Origin: Spirochaetota bacterium
Lineage (GTDB): Bacteria; Spirochaetota; UBA4802; UBA5550
NCBI GenBank assembly: GCA_050298055.1
Contig: JBNKTL010000005.1
Span: forward strand, 7,094-71,093
Direction: 5' to 3'
DNA length: 64,000 nt
The notes beneath the pieces are model-generated. The model made no database searches. It worked only from the letters and a program-made list of their open reading frames with translations, and was not told the origin of the DNA. The translations under genes and the position numbers were made by a program. Below, in pieces: positions 29,633 through 40,325 of this stretch. The first letter of the stretch is position 1. Each line of letters opens with the position of its first letter.

Positions 29633-32600
29633 GTGAAAGTTACAGCTTATATAAAACTGCTGTTTATCTCAGGATTTGTGTTTACACTGGTTGCCCTCTA
29701 TTCCGAAGAGAGCGGATTTAAATCAAGCCTCCTTAAATTTATTGAAAAAAACTCTGTAAAAGATGAGACACTTGCCGGAGACCGGCCTTCTCAAAATGGC
29801 GAAAAGAAACCGGGTTCCGGTTTACTGCTTCCCGGTGAGAGTGTTCCCGAGTCTCTCGATTACAGGGAGAGTGACTGGTCAAATTATGTCATTACTCCCG
29901 CATACCGGGTGCAGGGCCTCACGGAAACCCCTCTTATCCTTTATGGGAGCGATGATGTAAACGTTCTCACATACGGGTCCATGAAACTGAATCTGACCTA
30001 CGGAAAGTCGGTATTTACCGATAAAAAGTATAAACAGTTTGACGATGACAAACCGCATTCAAGGGTCATTGACTCGGGATTTGTTCCCGAACAGGAACTC
30101 CAGCTTCATATTGAAGGAAAAACCGGAAGAAGGATGACTCTCTTTATCGATCACGACAGCAGAAAAGAAGATAATATCTACAGGATGAATTACCGGGCCC
30201 TCAAAGATGATGAGATCATCCGGGACATCAACGCGGGTGAAATAGACATCAAATTCGACCATTCAAAGTACGCGGTCTATGACAACAACAGCGCCAAAGG
30301 GCTTGGATTGGACCTGACGTTGAGAAAGAACAGGCTGCAGGTAAAAACTTTCGGAAGTATCACTCTGGGAGAAACGGAAGTAGAATACTTCAGGGGAAAT
30401 TCATCTCCCGGCAGCTTTAAATTGTCCGAATACCAGTATCTGAAGAGATCGTATTATCAACTTGAACCATTCAGAAGATATGATAACCTGGGAAGTATAC
30501 CGACCGGGTCCGCGTCATACACATCTCTGAATGTATTCACCTCGGCGCCCGCGGACCCGGCAGGTTACTCTCCCTATTCGGTAAAAATCAATCCTTCCGG
30601 CTTTGAGATATACCTGGATGACCAGAACCAGTATAACAACTACAATGCCATCCGGCTCTCAATTGACAACGGGTACTACACAAAACTTTCATCGGGAGAG
30701 GATTACATCATAAACTATACTACTGGTGTCATTACTTTCAAAAACACCCTGCCTGAGAATTCCCGGGTGCTTGTTGCGTATACTCTGAAAAGCGGGTCAA
30801 CATCGGACCCGGGTGTTATCGCGCCGGGGGACGCCGCTCATCCCGGGGGAAATTTTACCGGGAAAAACTGTGTTTTTATCAAGTATGGTTATTCCCTGGA
30901 TGAAGATTCCGATGAAGACCTTGTTCTCGATGGGGGAGAGGACAGGAATGGTGACGGGAAACTGAATCTTGATATCTACGAGATAAGGTCTTTTTACTAT
31001 CTCGGGGACAAAAATATTCTTCCGGATAATTTTCTGCTGCGGTTTTATAATGAAAACCGTGTAATGGAAACGGGTGATGCCGCTCTTCTGGGAAAATACA
31101 GCGTGGACTATACTGCGGGTCTCCTGAAGTTTAGATTAAGAGAGCCGTTCAGGCGGGTCGTGACGTCTCATTATTCCGCGTCCGCCGCGTCAACCATATA
31201 CTCGGAGAGGCAGACCGGCAGTACGTATCTTGATTCGCACTATTCGGCGCATGTTGATTACTACCGGGAAGCCAGGAGCTTCAAGTTGAAGCACTCTAAT
31301 GTTATCCACAACAGCGTAAGTATAAAGATAGACGGGAGCAAAATAAAGGAGTCTCTCTATTCCGTTGACCAGACTTCTGGCTTCCTTGTCTTTCTCGATC
31401 CCAACAACCCTTTGATAACAGGGGAGACTGTCATTGAGGTAAAATATGAGTATCTTCCCCTGGGATCGGAGAGCCAGTCATTTATCGGGGGTGTGAGGGG
31501 AGATTACACGGTAAACAGAAATCTCAACCTGGGAGGAAGTGTCCTCTTTACACGGTCCGGTTCCAGTGTTACCATTCCGGATATAAACAGCAGCCCCTCA
31601 CAGACTGTGGTCCTTGAAGGTGATGCCACGCTCCACCTGGGAGAGAAAAAACTTGCCGACCTGGCCAATATCTTTACGGAGAACAAGAAAAAAAGCGTCC
31701 CCCTTGAAATAAATGCGTATGCTGAATACGCCAGGAGTTACAGGAATGTCAATACCTTCGGTAAGGGACTTATTGATAACATGGAATCTATTGATGAGAT
31801 AATCTCTATTTCCCTGTCGGAAAAAGACTGGATCCTCTCCTCAATGCCATCGGGATATTCACCGTCTGACAGGGGACTTCTTTATTACTATTTCTACAGG
31901 AGACTTTCCAGTCCTGAAAAACTTGAGGGGACTTCATTTTCGGCAACGGCAGTGAGCTACTCCACAAAGCCGGGCCCTTTTAACGTGGCAACGGGACATG
32001 TGGCAAACAGCATTAAAAAGGAAACATCACAGAGGTCCCTGGTCTTTGACTTTGACATGTCGGGGGCAGGCAATGTCTCCGTGGCTACGAGGAGGCTCTC
32101 AGACACGGCCGTGGATTTTTCTGGTCTTCAGTATGTTGAGATCTGGTACAGGTACGAAGGGACAGAGGATATTTCTCTTTCGGTTGATATAGGCAGTATC
32201 AACGAAGATTCCGACGGTGACTCGGTCCTCGATACGGAGGATGAAAACGGGAACAGTTTTCTCGATACCGATCCCGGGGCAGGTTATACGGAGGATACAG
32301 GTTACTCTTTCAATGGAAATAATGCAACAATTGTCGGTTCCGGTCCGGGGTTAAATTCTGTCACCCGGGGGGATGGGATTCTCAACAGTGAAGACCTGAA
32401 TGGAAACGGGACCCTTGAGACAGCGGAACAGGTTTACAGTATATCGCCGGTTACCCTGGCAGGAAACAGCAATGTATGGAAGAAGACAAGGATCTATATT
32501 GACCAGACGTCCCTGACCCAGAGTGAGATTGATCTCCTGAAGCAGGTTGAGGCGGTAAGGCTGAATATTGCAAACAGTACGGGGGCGTCGGGGAGGGTCT

Positions 32601-35323
32601 ATATTGACAGCATTAAGTTTATCTCGTCGCGGTTCAGGAATGTCCAGATGAACGGTTCTGCCGCGGGCCCCGCGAATCTGGCCGTGACCCTGGTGAACAG
32701 TATAAATGATTCTGACTACAGGGCGGACGCCTTTATCTTTCAGCAGAGTGATGTTTATACATCCCTCTACGGAGAAAAGAACAGCAGTGAACTCTCCAGG
32801 GAGACGGAATCCGCGCTGCAGCTTGAGTATAACATTACATCGGGCACAAATGTATCCGTAACCAGGTCTTTCGCGCGTCCCCTGGACCTGAGGCATTACA
32901 AGACAATGAATCTCTGGTTTAACTACCGGGAAAGTTCCGGCGGTGAAACAATAGGAATAATACTGGGCTCGTCTGAGAATGACTATGTGGAATACAGGTT
33001 CTCCATGGATTATATGGATGTCTGGAGGGAGGTCAGGCTCCGTCTCAAAGAAGGTTCGGGAGGGGACGTTAATTCCTCGTCAACAACAGGAGAACCTGAT
33101 ATGAAGAGGATCAGGTATATGAAGGTGGTGATATATGGAAATGCCGGGGACAGCGGTAAGATATGGCTGAACGACACGTATGTCTCTGAGCCGGAAACAT
33201 TGAAGAGCAGTGCCCGCTGGTATGAAGGTGAACTGAAAATTAAGAGGCCCCTGTATCGGACCGATTCCGGAACACCCATCCTTTCCGATATCAGTATCAA
33301 ATACATTCACAAAGGGCATGGAGCGCAGTTCAGCACAATCGGAAAGAGCAACACGGATATTGATGAGAGCCACAACCAGGTTTTCTCATCATTCAGGATA
33401 CTTCCCAACATGGAGACACGGCTGGACTATACAAGGGAAAAAACAAAAACAGACAGTTTAAATGAAGACGTCAACGAGGAGAAGAGAGGAGAGTCAATAA
33501 AAAACAGCTTTTACTTTATGACGGATTATAAATCATCAACAAGCGGTGTACCCAGTGTTGTCATATCCTACAAGCATGATAATTACAAGAATGTTATTGA
33601 AGAGGATATTACCGGTTATGATATAGACAGAAACAGGGGGAGAGTTGTCCATACGCCGGTTATTGCTATAACTGAAAATCTCGATAACTTTCTCTTTGGG
33701 AAGCTTACCACAAAACTTCTTCTTAACATGATCTTTAAAGAAGAGGATGTGAAGAGAAGTTCGCAGGATATTGACAGCAGCACGCTGTCCGGTTATGTAT
33801 CTCTCCGGGAGAAGGAGAAGAGACAGAAATCTGATGCTACACTGTTTGTTACCTATACCAGCAGGTATTTTTATATAAAGCCTGAGCTGAACATTAAATC
33901 GGAAGAGCTGGTGGATACCGCGGGGAAGGAGAATCTCCCGGACACGGAAATTGTCAGCGATGTACGGGGAGGATATCATGTTCCCTTTGTTTATAGTGAC
34001 AGTCTCAGGTTTGTGGAAAGAAACAGGAAAGCTTTATGCGCCATTGGCCTTGTTGACGGTTATGTAACCCCTGAATATAAACTCGACCTGAGTTATCTTG
34101 AAAACAGGTTCAGGGATTATGATGATTCAGAACTGCAGTCAGCGCAGGAGTACAGGAGGGCTAAAGACGCGAAGAGCCTTATTATGTCGGAAATATCACT
34201 GCCGGTGAACCTGAGAAAAATCAACAGCCTCCAATTTGTTAAGAACCTTAACCTCTCATATATGCGGAGTATTTACTTTTTTGAAAATGATATACCCTAT
34301 GAAGGCGAAAGCAAGGGCCCCTTCAATGAAGATTACGGGATAAACAGGTCGCTGTTCGGTAATCTTGGGACCGGGTTAAACTTATTCAGGTACTATCCCG
34401 GATATTTTTTCAGGGGAAGGGATAATTACTCAAAGGGAAGAGACTATGTCTATGGCAGGGACAACCGGGAGCTTACCTTCCCCTCGGGTGATTCTGTGAC
34501 TGATTACAACAACCAGCTCCGGCTGATAAACAACTTTTCCCTGAATTTCATGATGGATTTTAATCTCCTGACATTTGATTCAGGGGCGGGGATCAACCAG
34601 GTTAATGAACGGCAGCAGGTGAATGGTATCCCCCAGCAGATCATCACAAGGAACTTCAATACGGGAATTGACCTGAACCTGATGAAGGTCTTCAGTTTTG
34701 GATTTTTCAGGGGCAACAGGCTGGGTATTCCTCACCACTCTGCCAATTTAAAACTGGGATATACCTACAGCAACAACATGATCATTACATCCAATATTGA
34801 AGAGAATACCTATAAGCCGAGTCTCGGTCTGACCTTTAAAAGGGACAGGTCTCTCATAGGATTGAAGGCCGGGATTGAAATGAGAAGGAAAAAGAGCAGG
34901 GAATTCATATCACCGGACGAGAGTTCCCGGTCAGACAGTGATGATATCTATATTGACAATATGCCGGATAATTCCCTGTTAAGCGAGATTGACAACGGTT
35001 ATAATCTTTCCCTCTTATATGAAACAGATGTGAACTGGCTCTTCAATCTCTTTTCAGAGATCTACCGGCTTTCTTCTCAGCCGATATTTTCTCTTGAGTA
35101 TAACCTGGTCCTGAACAGGTATGATTACAGGTCAACCGTTTCCCCTGAACCATATGACCTCCATATGATTAAAGGAAAGCTCACACTGGATCTTCATAAA
35201 AACATCCAGGGAGGACTCACTTCACGGTGGGCCCTTGAGAGATTCAGGAACAGGGAAACGGATGGGATAAGCAGGGAGGTTTTTTCCTATGAACTGGGAA
35301 TGAACTTTACTCTCATTTTTTGA
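29633..35323 (+). CDS. Giant outer-membrane protein, SprA-like
   Basis: 1896 aa; DEIIRDINAGEI, DY.I/VDY..G repeats, IDIGSINED..DGD..LDTED, SEDLNGNG motifs resemble SprA; C-terminal strand ending in Phe. Confidence 0.65.
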   Translation: MKVTAYIKLLFISGFVFTLVALYSEESGFKSSLLKFIEKNSVKDETLAGDRPSQNGEKKPGSGLLLPGESVPESLDYRESDWSNYVITPAYRVQGLTETPLILYGSDDVNVLTYGSMKLNLTYGKSVFTDKKYKQFDDDKPHSRVIDSGFVPEQELQLHIEGKTGRRMTLFIDHDSRKEDNIYRMNYRALKDDEIIRDINAGEIDIKFDHSKYAVYDNNSAKGLGLDLTLRKNRLQVKTFGSITLGETEVEYFRGNSSPGSFKLSEYQYLKRSYYQLEPFRRYDNLGSIPTGSASYTSLNVFTSAPADPAGYSPYSVKINPSGFEIYLDDQNQYNNYNAIRLSIDNGYYTKLSSGEDYIINYTTGVITFKNTLPENSRVLVAYTLKSGSTSDPGVIAPGDAAHPGGNFTGKNCVFIKYGYSLDEDSDEDLVLDGGEDRNGDGKLNLDIYEIRSFYYLGDKNILPDNFLLRFYNENRVMETGDAALLGKYSVDYTAGLLKFRLREPFRRVVTSHYSASAASTIYSERQTGSTYLDSHYSAHVDYYREARSFKLKHSNVIHNSVSIKIDGSKIKESLYSVDQTSGFLVFLDPNNPLITGETVIEVKYEYLPLGSESQSFIGGVRGDYTVNRNLNLGGSVLFTRSGSSVTIPDINSSPSQTVVLEGDATLHLGEKKLADLANIFTENKKKSVPLEINAYAEYARSYRNVNTFGKGLIDNMESIDEIISISLSEKDWILSSMPSGYSPSDRGLLYYYFYRRLSSPEKLEGTSFSATAVSYSTKPGPFNVATGHVANSIKKETSQRSLVFDFDMSGAGNVSVATRRLSDTAVDFSGLQYVEIWYRYEGTEDISLSVDIGSINEDSDGDSVLDTEDENGNSFLDTDPGAGYTEDTGYSFNGNNATIVGSGPGLNSVTRGDGILNSEDLNGNGTLETAEQVYSISPVTLAGNSNVWKKTRIYIDQTSLTQSEIDLLKQVEAVRLNIANSTGASGRVYIDSIKFISSRFRNVQMNGSAAGPANLAVTLVNSINDSDYRADAFIFQQSDVYTSLYGEKNSSELSRETESALQLEYNITSGTNVSVTRSFARPLDLRHYKTMNLWFNYRESSGGETIGIILGSSENDYVEYRFSMDYMDVWREVRLRLKEGSGGDVNSSSTTGEPDMKRIRYMKVVIYGNAGDSGKIWLNDTYVSEPETLKSSARWYEGELKIKRPLYRTDSGTPILSDISIKYIHKGHGAQFSTIGKSNTDIDESHNQVFSSFRILPNMETRLDYTREKTKTDSLNEDVNEEKRGESIKNSFYFMTDYKSSTSGVPSVVISYKHDNYKNVIEEDITGYDIDRNRGRVVHTPVIAITENLDNFLFGKLTTKLLLNMIFKEEDVKRSSQDIDSSTLSGYVSLREKEKRQKSDATLFVTYTSRYFYIKPELNIKSEELVDTAGKENLPDTEIVSDVRGGYHVPFVYSDSLRFVERNRKALCAIGLVDGYVTPEYKLDLSYLENRFRDYDDSELQSAQEYRRAKDAKSLIMSEISLPVNLRKINSLQFVKNLNLSYMRSIYFFENDIPYEGESKGPFNEDYGINRSLFGNLGTGLNLFRYYPGYFFRGRDNYSKGRDYVYGRDNRELTFPSGDSVTDYNNQLRLINNFSLNFMMDFNLLTFDSGAGINQVNERQQVNGIPQQIITRNFNTGIDLNLMKVFSFGFFRGNRLGIPHHSANLKLGYTYSNNMIITSNIEENTYKPSLGLTFKRDRSLIGLKAGIEMRRKKSREFISPDESSRSDSDDIYIDNMPDNSLLSEIDNGYNLSLLYETDVNWLFNLFSEIYRLSSQPIFSLEYNLVLNRYDYRSTVSPEPYDLHMIKGKLTLDLHKNIQGGLTSRWALERFRNRETDGISREVFSYELGMNFTLIF

Positions 35324-35327
35324 TGTG

Positions 35328-37505
35328 TCATTTTTTAAAAACAGAATTAAGGACTTCTTCAAGTTCGTCTATCCTGTACGGTTTGGCAATAACTCCCTTA
35401 AATCCATGTTCTTTGTAGTTGCCCATAAGTTGATCATTTGAGTATCCGCTGGACACAATTGCAGTTACGCCGGGATCATATTTTTTGAGGACCTCGAGGG
35501 TCTCCTGTCCGCCCATACCGCCGTGTATTGTCAGGTCCATTATGACCGCGTCGAACTTCTTTCCATGTACATCGGCCCTCTTGTACTCAAAAACAGCATC
35601 CCTGCCGTCCTTAACGCATTCCACTTCACACCCGAGTTTTTCAAGCATTCGTGAACCGACTTTCAGTATCATCTCTTCATCATCCAGGAGAAGTATTCTG
35701 CGGTTTATGAGATTAACATCCCCTGTTTCCGGTATCTTTGCGATAATGCCGTCACCAACAGCCGGAAGATAGATGGTGAAAACCGTGCCTTCCCCGGCAT
35801 CTGACTTTACATGGATGAGGCCGTTGTGCTCTTTAATAATTGAGTGTGCAATTGTAAGTCCAAGTCCCGTACTGTTCTCTTTCTTTGTGAAGTAGGGATC
35901 GTATATCCTATCGATAATTTCACTTTTTATTCCCGGTCCGGTGTCGGCTATACTTATTTTTACACAGGGTCCTGTAAGTTCCGGCGGAAGCATGCCGGTT
36001 TCTGTTTTAAGATTTACCGCTGTTATTGTGAGCACTCCTCTCCGGTCCATAGCCTGGCATGCGTTGAGGATTATGTTATAAAATGCCCGGTTTATCTGTC
36101 CTTCATCGGCAAGCAGAGTATAAATATTATCAGGAATATCAATATTCTTTTCTATCATTGTGCCGTTTAATATCAGGTTAACGGATTCATTGATCATTTT
36201 CGAAACCGGGATATTTTTTCTTATGGGCTTACCGCCTTTTGAAAACGCAAGAAGCTGAGTTGTCAGTTCCTTTGCCTTGTTCGATGCGGTCTCCGCTTCG
36301 TTGAGGATATCATATATTTCGTGGCTTTTATCAATTCCGGTTATGGCCAGGGAGAGATTTCCCGTAATGGCTGTGAGAAGGTTGTTAAAGTCGTGGGCAA
36401 TTCCTCCCGCGAAAACTCCCAGTGCCTCTATCCGGGTCTGCTTAAAGTGTTCCTCCTCTTTCCTTGCCCGGGTCAGTTCATTCCGTGCTCTTTCCATGGT
36501 ATTTTCAAGTCTTCCGATGTAGATAAAGAAAAAGAAAAAGACCATGAGTCCCAGTACTCCCGAGATTGTAATAAGGAGTAATACGAGGTTCTTTATGGAA
36601 GCCATGTCCTCACTGATATCTGCCAGGACAAACAGGTAACCGATGTGACGGTTGCCCGCATCCATCATGGGAATAAATCCTCCCCGGTAAATCTGCTTTT
36701 CATGTTCGATTTCATCCTTGAGAGTGAGAGTCTTCGGTTTTTGAATATTCATTATATGCCGGTAATAGAAATCAAGGTTTTCCGGGATAAAGGTGAGTGT
36801 TCTGTCGGTGATTGCGTAATCTTTCAGCAGGTTCCAGCGTCCTTTCCTTCCGGTCATGATAAGCCCCTCTTCCCAGAGGTTCTTTTTCAGAAGAGATTTC
36901 TTAATGCTGAGTATTGTTTCCACATCCAGGACTTTTTTAATATGGTAAAGAATCTCTACTATCTCGGCATCCAGTTCAATATATCCTGCAACCTTCCCGC
37001 GGAGCAAAAAAGGTTTTACAACCCGCAATGAGTAGGTCCCCAGGGGGCCCAGCTCTACGCCGTAGCCTGTTTTTTTCAGGATAACGGCATGTTTCAATGT
37101 AAACCTGTCAATGATATCACCATGCCTGTTATGGTTGTGGACCCTTAAAAAGCATCTTTTGTCGGGATTGATAAAGGAGAGTCCTGTTATTCCAAATTCA
37201 CTGTTTAATTCCCGGTAGAGGTTTACTGTTTTTTCATACAAAAGCTCCCTCTCTCCGCTTCTCCACGCGGAAATAATCTCCCTGCTGTTCTCGATTTGCC
37301 TGATAAGCCCGTTAAATGAAACAGCCTTCTGGGACAACTTCTCCAGGTAGAGGTTGTTTGCCTTCTCCAGCAGAGAAGTGATTTTACTATCCAGGTTATC
37401 ATTTTTTACGTAGTAGAATCCCGCAATGGATGAAATGAGAAGTATCACCAGGGAGAAAAGAACAGGGAATAATATTTTTGCTTTTATTTTCTGATACCTG
37501 TGCAT
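35328..37505 (-). CDS. Hybrid sensor histidine kinase (Cache-like sensor, HisKA, HATPase, receiver)
   Basis: GGIAHDFNNLL, NACQAM, DTGPG, GLGL, C-terminal receiver; start moved to ATG 37505 because 37607 lies in a MITE. Confidence 0.9.
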   Translation of the reverse strand: MHRYQKIKAKILFPVLFSLVILLISSIAGFYYVKNDNLDSKITSLLEKANNLYLEKLSQKAVSFNGLIRQIENSREIISAWRSGERELLYEKTVNLYRELNSEFGITGLSFINPDKRCFLRVHNHNRHGDIIDRFTLKHAVILKKTGYGVELGPLGTYSLRVVKPFLLRGKVAGYIELDAEIVEILYHIKKVLDVETILSIKKSLLKKNLWEEGLIMTGRKGRWNLLKDYAITDRTLTFIPENLDFYYRHIMNIQKPKTLTLKDEIEHEKQIYRGGFIPMMDAGNRHIGYLFVLADISEDMASIKNLVLLLITISGVLGLMVFFFFFIYIGRLENTMERARNELTRARKEEEHFKQTRIEALGVFAGGIAHDFNNLLTAITGNLSLAITGIDKSHEIYDILNEAETASNKAKELTTQLLAFSKGGKPIRKNIPVSKMINESVNLILNGTMIEKNIDIPDNIYTLLADEGQINRAFYNIILNACQAMDRRGVLTITAVNLKTETGMLPPELTGPCVKISIADTGPGIKSEIIDRIYDPYFTKKENSTGLGLTIAHSIIKEHNGLIHVKSDAGEGTVFTIYLPAVGDGIIAKIPETGDVNLINRRILLLDDEEMILKVGSRMLEKLGCEVECVKDGRDAVFEYKRADVHGKKFDAVIMDLTIHGGMGGQETLEVLKKYDPGVTAIVSSGYSNDQLMGNYKEHGFKGVIAKPYRIDELEEVLNSVFKK

Positions 37506-37522
37506 ATAAGTATTCTCTTCTT

Positions 37523-37663
37523 GTTGCTGTTCAGTTATATGATTATAATCAACCTGTTTACTAAAATACCAAAAATATATCCCTGCCGCCTTGAGTGGCG
37601 GTGACATATCAGTAATATTTTATTATGAAGATGATTCTTCTTATACTCAGCCTGAGTAGTTTC
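37523..37663. mobile_element. MITE-like repeat, copy 4 (degenerate)
   Basis: Ends GTTGCTGTTCAGTT / CTGAGTAGTTTC; degenerate palindrome 37576-37610; flanks CTCTTCTT / CTCTTATG. Confidence 0.55.
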
Positions 37664-37818
37664 CTCTTATGGAATTATTCTGAATTATAGATGCTATTTT
37701 CGCAAGTGAATTTTCAGTAAAGAAGTCTGATATTCTCCTTGACATTATCGGGAAAAGGACTTAGTAAGAAAAATGTGATATTTTCTGATCACCATATCTG
37801 AAAGAATGAGGAAAAAAC

Positions 37819-37995
37819 ATGGCAATTAATATGGCAGAATGCGCAGGTCATGAGAACCACCTGTGTAACCTTATTGAGAAAAAAACACCTGTTGAGAAAA
37901 TAAAATCAATGGTAATGACACCAAAATTTATCTGCAGCGGATGCGGCAGGGTTGCTGAAAGCAAAGACAATCTCTGTTCGCCGGAAGAGCTGTAA
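37819..37995 (+). CDS. 58-aa Cys/His-rich small protein
   Basis: Hand translation MAINMAECAGHENHLCNLIEKKTPVEKIKSMVMTPKFICSGCGRVAESKDNLCSPEEL; GAGG RBS; TTGACA at 37739; below the ORF-track length cut-off. Confidence 0.75.
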   Translation: MAINMAECAGHENHLCNLIEKKTPVEKIKSMVMTPKFICSGCGRVAESKDNLCSPEEL

Positions 37996-38008
37996 AAAAA
38001 GAACTCTC

Positions 38009-39826
38009 TCAGGCTTTGATCCTGAAATCACCCACTCTCTTCAGGAGCCCCTCCCGCTCTATCCGGTTCAGGAGGGGAAGCATATATTTTCTTGAGATAT
38101 CAATGGCGTCTCTTGCGTCGGATATGGATATCTTCTCCATGGTGTCAAAAAGGTCCATGATCTTCTCTTTTGAGCTGTTGTAAACATCCCTGTGGTAAAT
38201 GATATTTCCATCCAGGCTGATGAGAAAATCCATCCTGATGAGTTCCTTGATTGTTTTTTTTCGCAGGTCGTCCTTCTCCCTGCTCAGTTCAATCCCTTTT
38301 GTGCTGCTTTCCAGTATTTCATCAAGGAGTTTCCTGCTTCCCTCGGGGAGGGTTTCCTCGGTTATGGAATCTCCCGAAAAGTACCTGCCGTCCTTTTCAA
38401 TGATTGTATGCTCTTTCATTGCCAGGGGCAGGAGCTCCTTGCAGATTTCGGGGGAGATACCCGATGAATCGGATACCTCCCTGAGGTTAAGGCCGACTTT
38501 TTCCTTTATGGATTCCACAAGTGATTTTATTGAATTTTCATAATAGGCCGAGTTAAGAAGAAAGTCCTTTATCTTTATTATTTTTTTCTCTTCTTCCAGT
38601 TTCTTAATAAGCGCATCCATACTCTTTTCTGAATCTGGAAGCATCTTCATAAGGCGCTCCCTTGTGAGACAGTTAAATACGGAGAGATTGAATTCCACAA
38701 TTTCAGGTTTTGTGATGTTTTGTAAAATTGAAAGGTTTTTTCTGACGGCCTTTTTCAACTTTGAATTATAATCACAGAGGACCACTTTTCCCCCGCCGAT
38801 GACCCTGTATCCCCCGGGGTTTGTTATGACAAACGGCTGGCTGGTGGTGAAATACCATTCCCTGTCGATCTTTATCCTTACGAGGTAGATACTCTTTTCT
38901 TCAACCTCTTCTAGTATGATAAGTTTTCCTTTGACATCCGAGGTCCCTACCAGAATTTCAATTCCCAGGTTGTTCTTGATCTCTTTGGACCTGTCAAGTA
39001 TCTGGACCCTTGCCACAAACTCCCTGGACTCTATGAAAAAGTTTTTCTTGAAAAGGATCCATCCCCTTTTGATCTCGTTTACGGAAACACCGGATAGGTT
39101 CAGGGCCGTTCTCTGTGACGGGTTGCCTTCTTCTACTTCATTGAAGTGGGTCTCAATCCGCTTTATTCTCGCGTCCTTTTTTATGGGGAGGATATGCACA
39201 GTATCGTCTTCGTTGAATATGCCGTTCTTCTGTGTCCCGGTTATAACAGTTCCGTGGCCCTTTGACGCGAAAACCCTGTCTATAAAGAGATAGGGCTTGT
39301 CCGTCTTTGTGATCTTTGAGAGCCGGCGGAGGTTTTCTACGATGAGGTTTTTCAAATTCTCAATTCCTTCACCGGTTTTTGTCGATGTGGCGGTAATATC
39401 CGATCCCTCATAGAGGGTCCCGGAAAGCTTCTCCTCAACCTCGGCCTTCACGAATTCCACCATCTCTTCATCTGCGAGATCAACCTTGTTCAGAACAACA
39501 ATCATCCTCTCGATTCCCAGGATTTGTAAAACTCTGAAGTGGTCCTCTGTCTGGGGCATCCAGCCGTCATCTACCGCGATAACAAGAAGTGCAAGATCCA
39601 CACCCCAGGCCCCCACGACCATGTTCCTGATAAAACGCTCATGGCCCGGAACATCGATGATACTCACTGTGCCAAACTTCGGATATACGATACTTGCAAA
39701 ACCGATATCAATGGTCATCTCCCTCTCTTTTTCTTCGGGGAGCCTGTCCGTGTCAATCCGGGTAAGTGAATATATCAGAGAGGTTTTGCCATGGTCGATG
39801 TGACCGGATGTTCCAACAATATACAT
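38009..39826 (-). CDS. selB: Selenocysteine-specific elongation factor
   Basis: GTSGHIDHGKT, DRLPEEKER.MTIDIGFA, DVPGHERF, NKVD; C-terminal SRKY..PLL winged helix. Confidence 0.95.
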   Translation of the reverse strand: MYIVGTSGHIDHGKTSLIYSLTRIDTDRLPEEKEREMTIDIGFASIVYPKFGTVSIIDVPGHERFIRNMVVGAWGVDLALLVIAVDDGWMPQTEDHFRVLQILGIERMIVVLNKVDLADEEMVEFVKAEVEEKLSGTLYEGSDITATSTKTGEGIENLKNLIVENLRRLSKITKTDKPYLFIDRVFASKGHGTVITGTQKNGIFNEDDTVHILPIKKDARIKRIETHFNEVEEGNPSQRTALNLSGVSVNEIKRGWILFKKNFFIESREFVARVQILDRSKEIKNNLGIEILVGTSDVKGKLIILEEVEEKSIYLVRIKIDREWYFTTSQPFVITNPGGYRVIGGGKVVLCDYNSKLKKAVRKNLSILQNITKPEIVEFNLSVFNCLTRERLMKMLPDSEKSMDALIKKLEEEKKIIKIKDFLLNSAYYENSIKSLVESIKEKVGLNLREVSDSSGISPEICKELLPLAMKEHTIIEKDGRYFSGDSITEETLPEGSRKLLDEILESSTKGIELSREKDDLRKKTIKELIRMDFLISLDGNIIYHRDVYNSSKEKIMDLFDTMEKISISDARDAIDISRKYMLPLLNRIEREGLLKRVGDFRIKA

Positions 39827-39883
39827 AGAGTCTCCTGAAACAGGTTATTGTCTCCTCTTGGCGCGGGTGATCGGTTTTCCCTG

Positions 39884-40291
39884 CTACTTGACGCCGCGGC
39901 TGATAAAAAAGCTGCTGTATTTTTTATCGGATCCCACAACATGGTCCTGGAGCCAGTCCACCAGGAAAGCAAGAAGTTCAAACGCATCAACACCTTTTCC
40001 TTCATCGAGGTCTTTTTTCAAGGATAAGACTTTTTTACTCAGCTCTTCATGTTCTTTCTTATGTGAGGCTTTATCAAAATAATGATGTTTTTCAAAAAGC
40101 TTCTCTTCATTATCAAAGTGATAATGAGTATAATCCAGCAGCTCCTGGATTATTTCAGATATCTTATCGGGACTGCCTCCCCCGGTAAGTACAGCATGAG
40201 CATTGTTAATAAGCTCGATAATTTTTTTGTGCTGAGCGTCCAGAGTATCAATCTCAACACGGAAGTTATCTTCCCATTCAAAAAAAGTCAT
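39884..40291 (-). CDS. Bacteriohemerythrin
   Basis: W..., DAQH, HFDNEE, HKKEH, WLQDHVVGSD iron ligands. Confidence 0.93.
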   Translation of the reverse strand: MTFFEWEDNFRVEIDTLDAQHKKIIELINNAHAVLTGGGSPDKISEIIQELLDYTHYHFDNEEKLFEKHHYFDKASHKKEHEELSKKVLSLKKDLDEGKGVDAFELLAFLVDWLQDHVVGSDKKYSSFFISRGVK

Positions 40292-40325
40292 ATAGTTACA
40301 TCCTTTAATTTTTGTTTTTTATATT

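Noticed and set aside
37506..37607. N-terminal extensions in the ORF track (also starts 25393, 46111, 47720, 51021, 56969)
   Set aside because: They run into repeats or upstream genes; downstream starts have better RBS or match the domain boundary.
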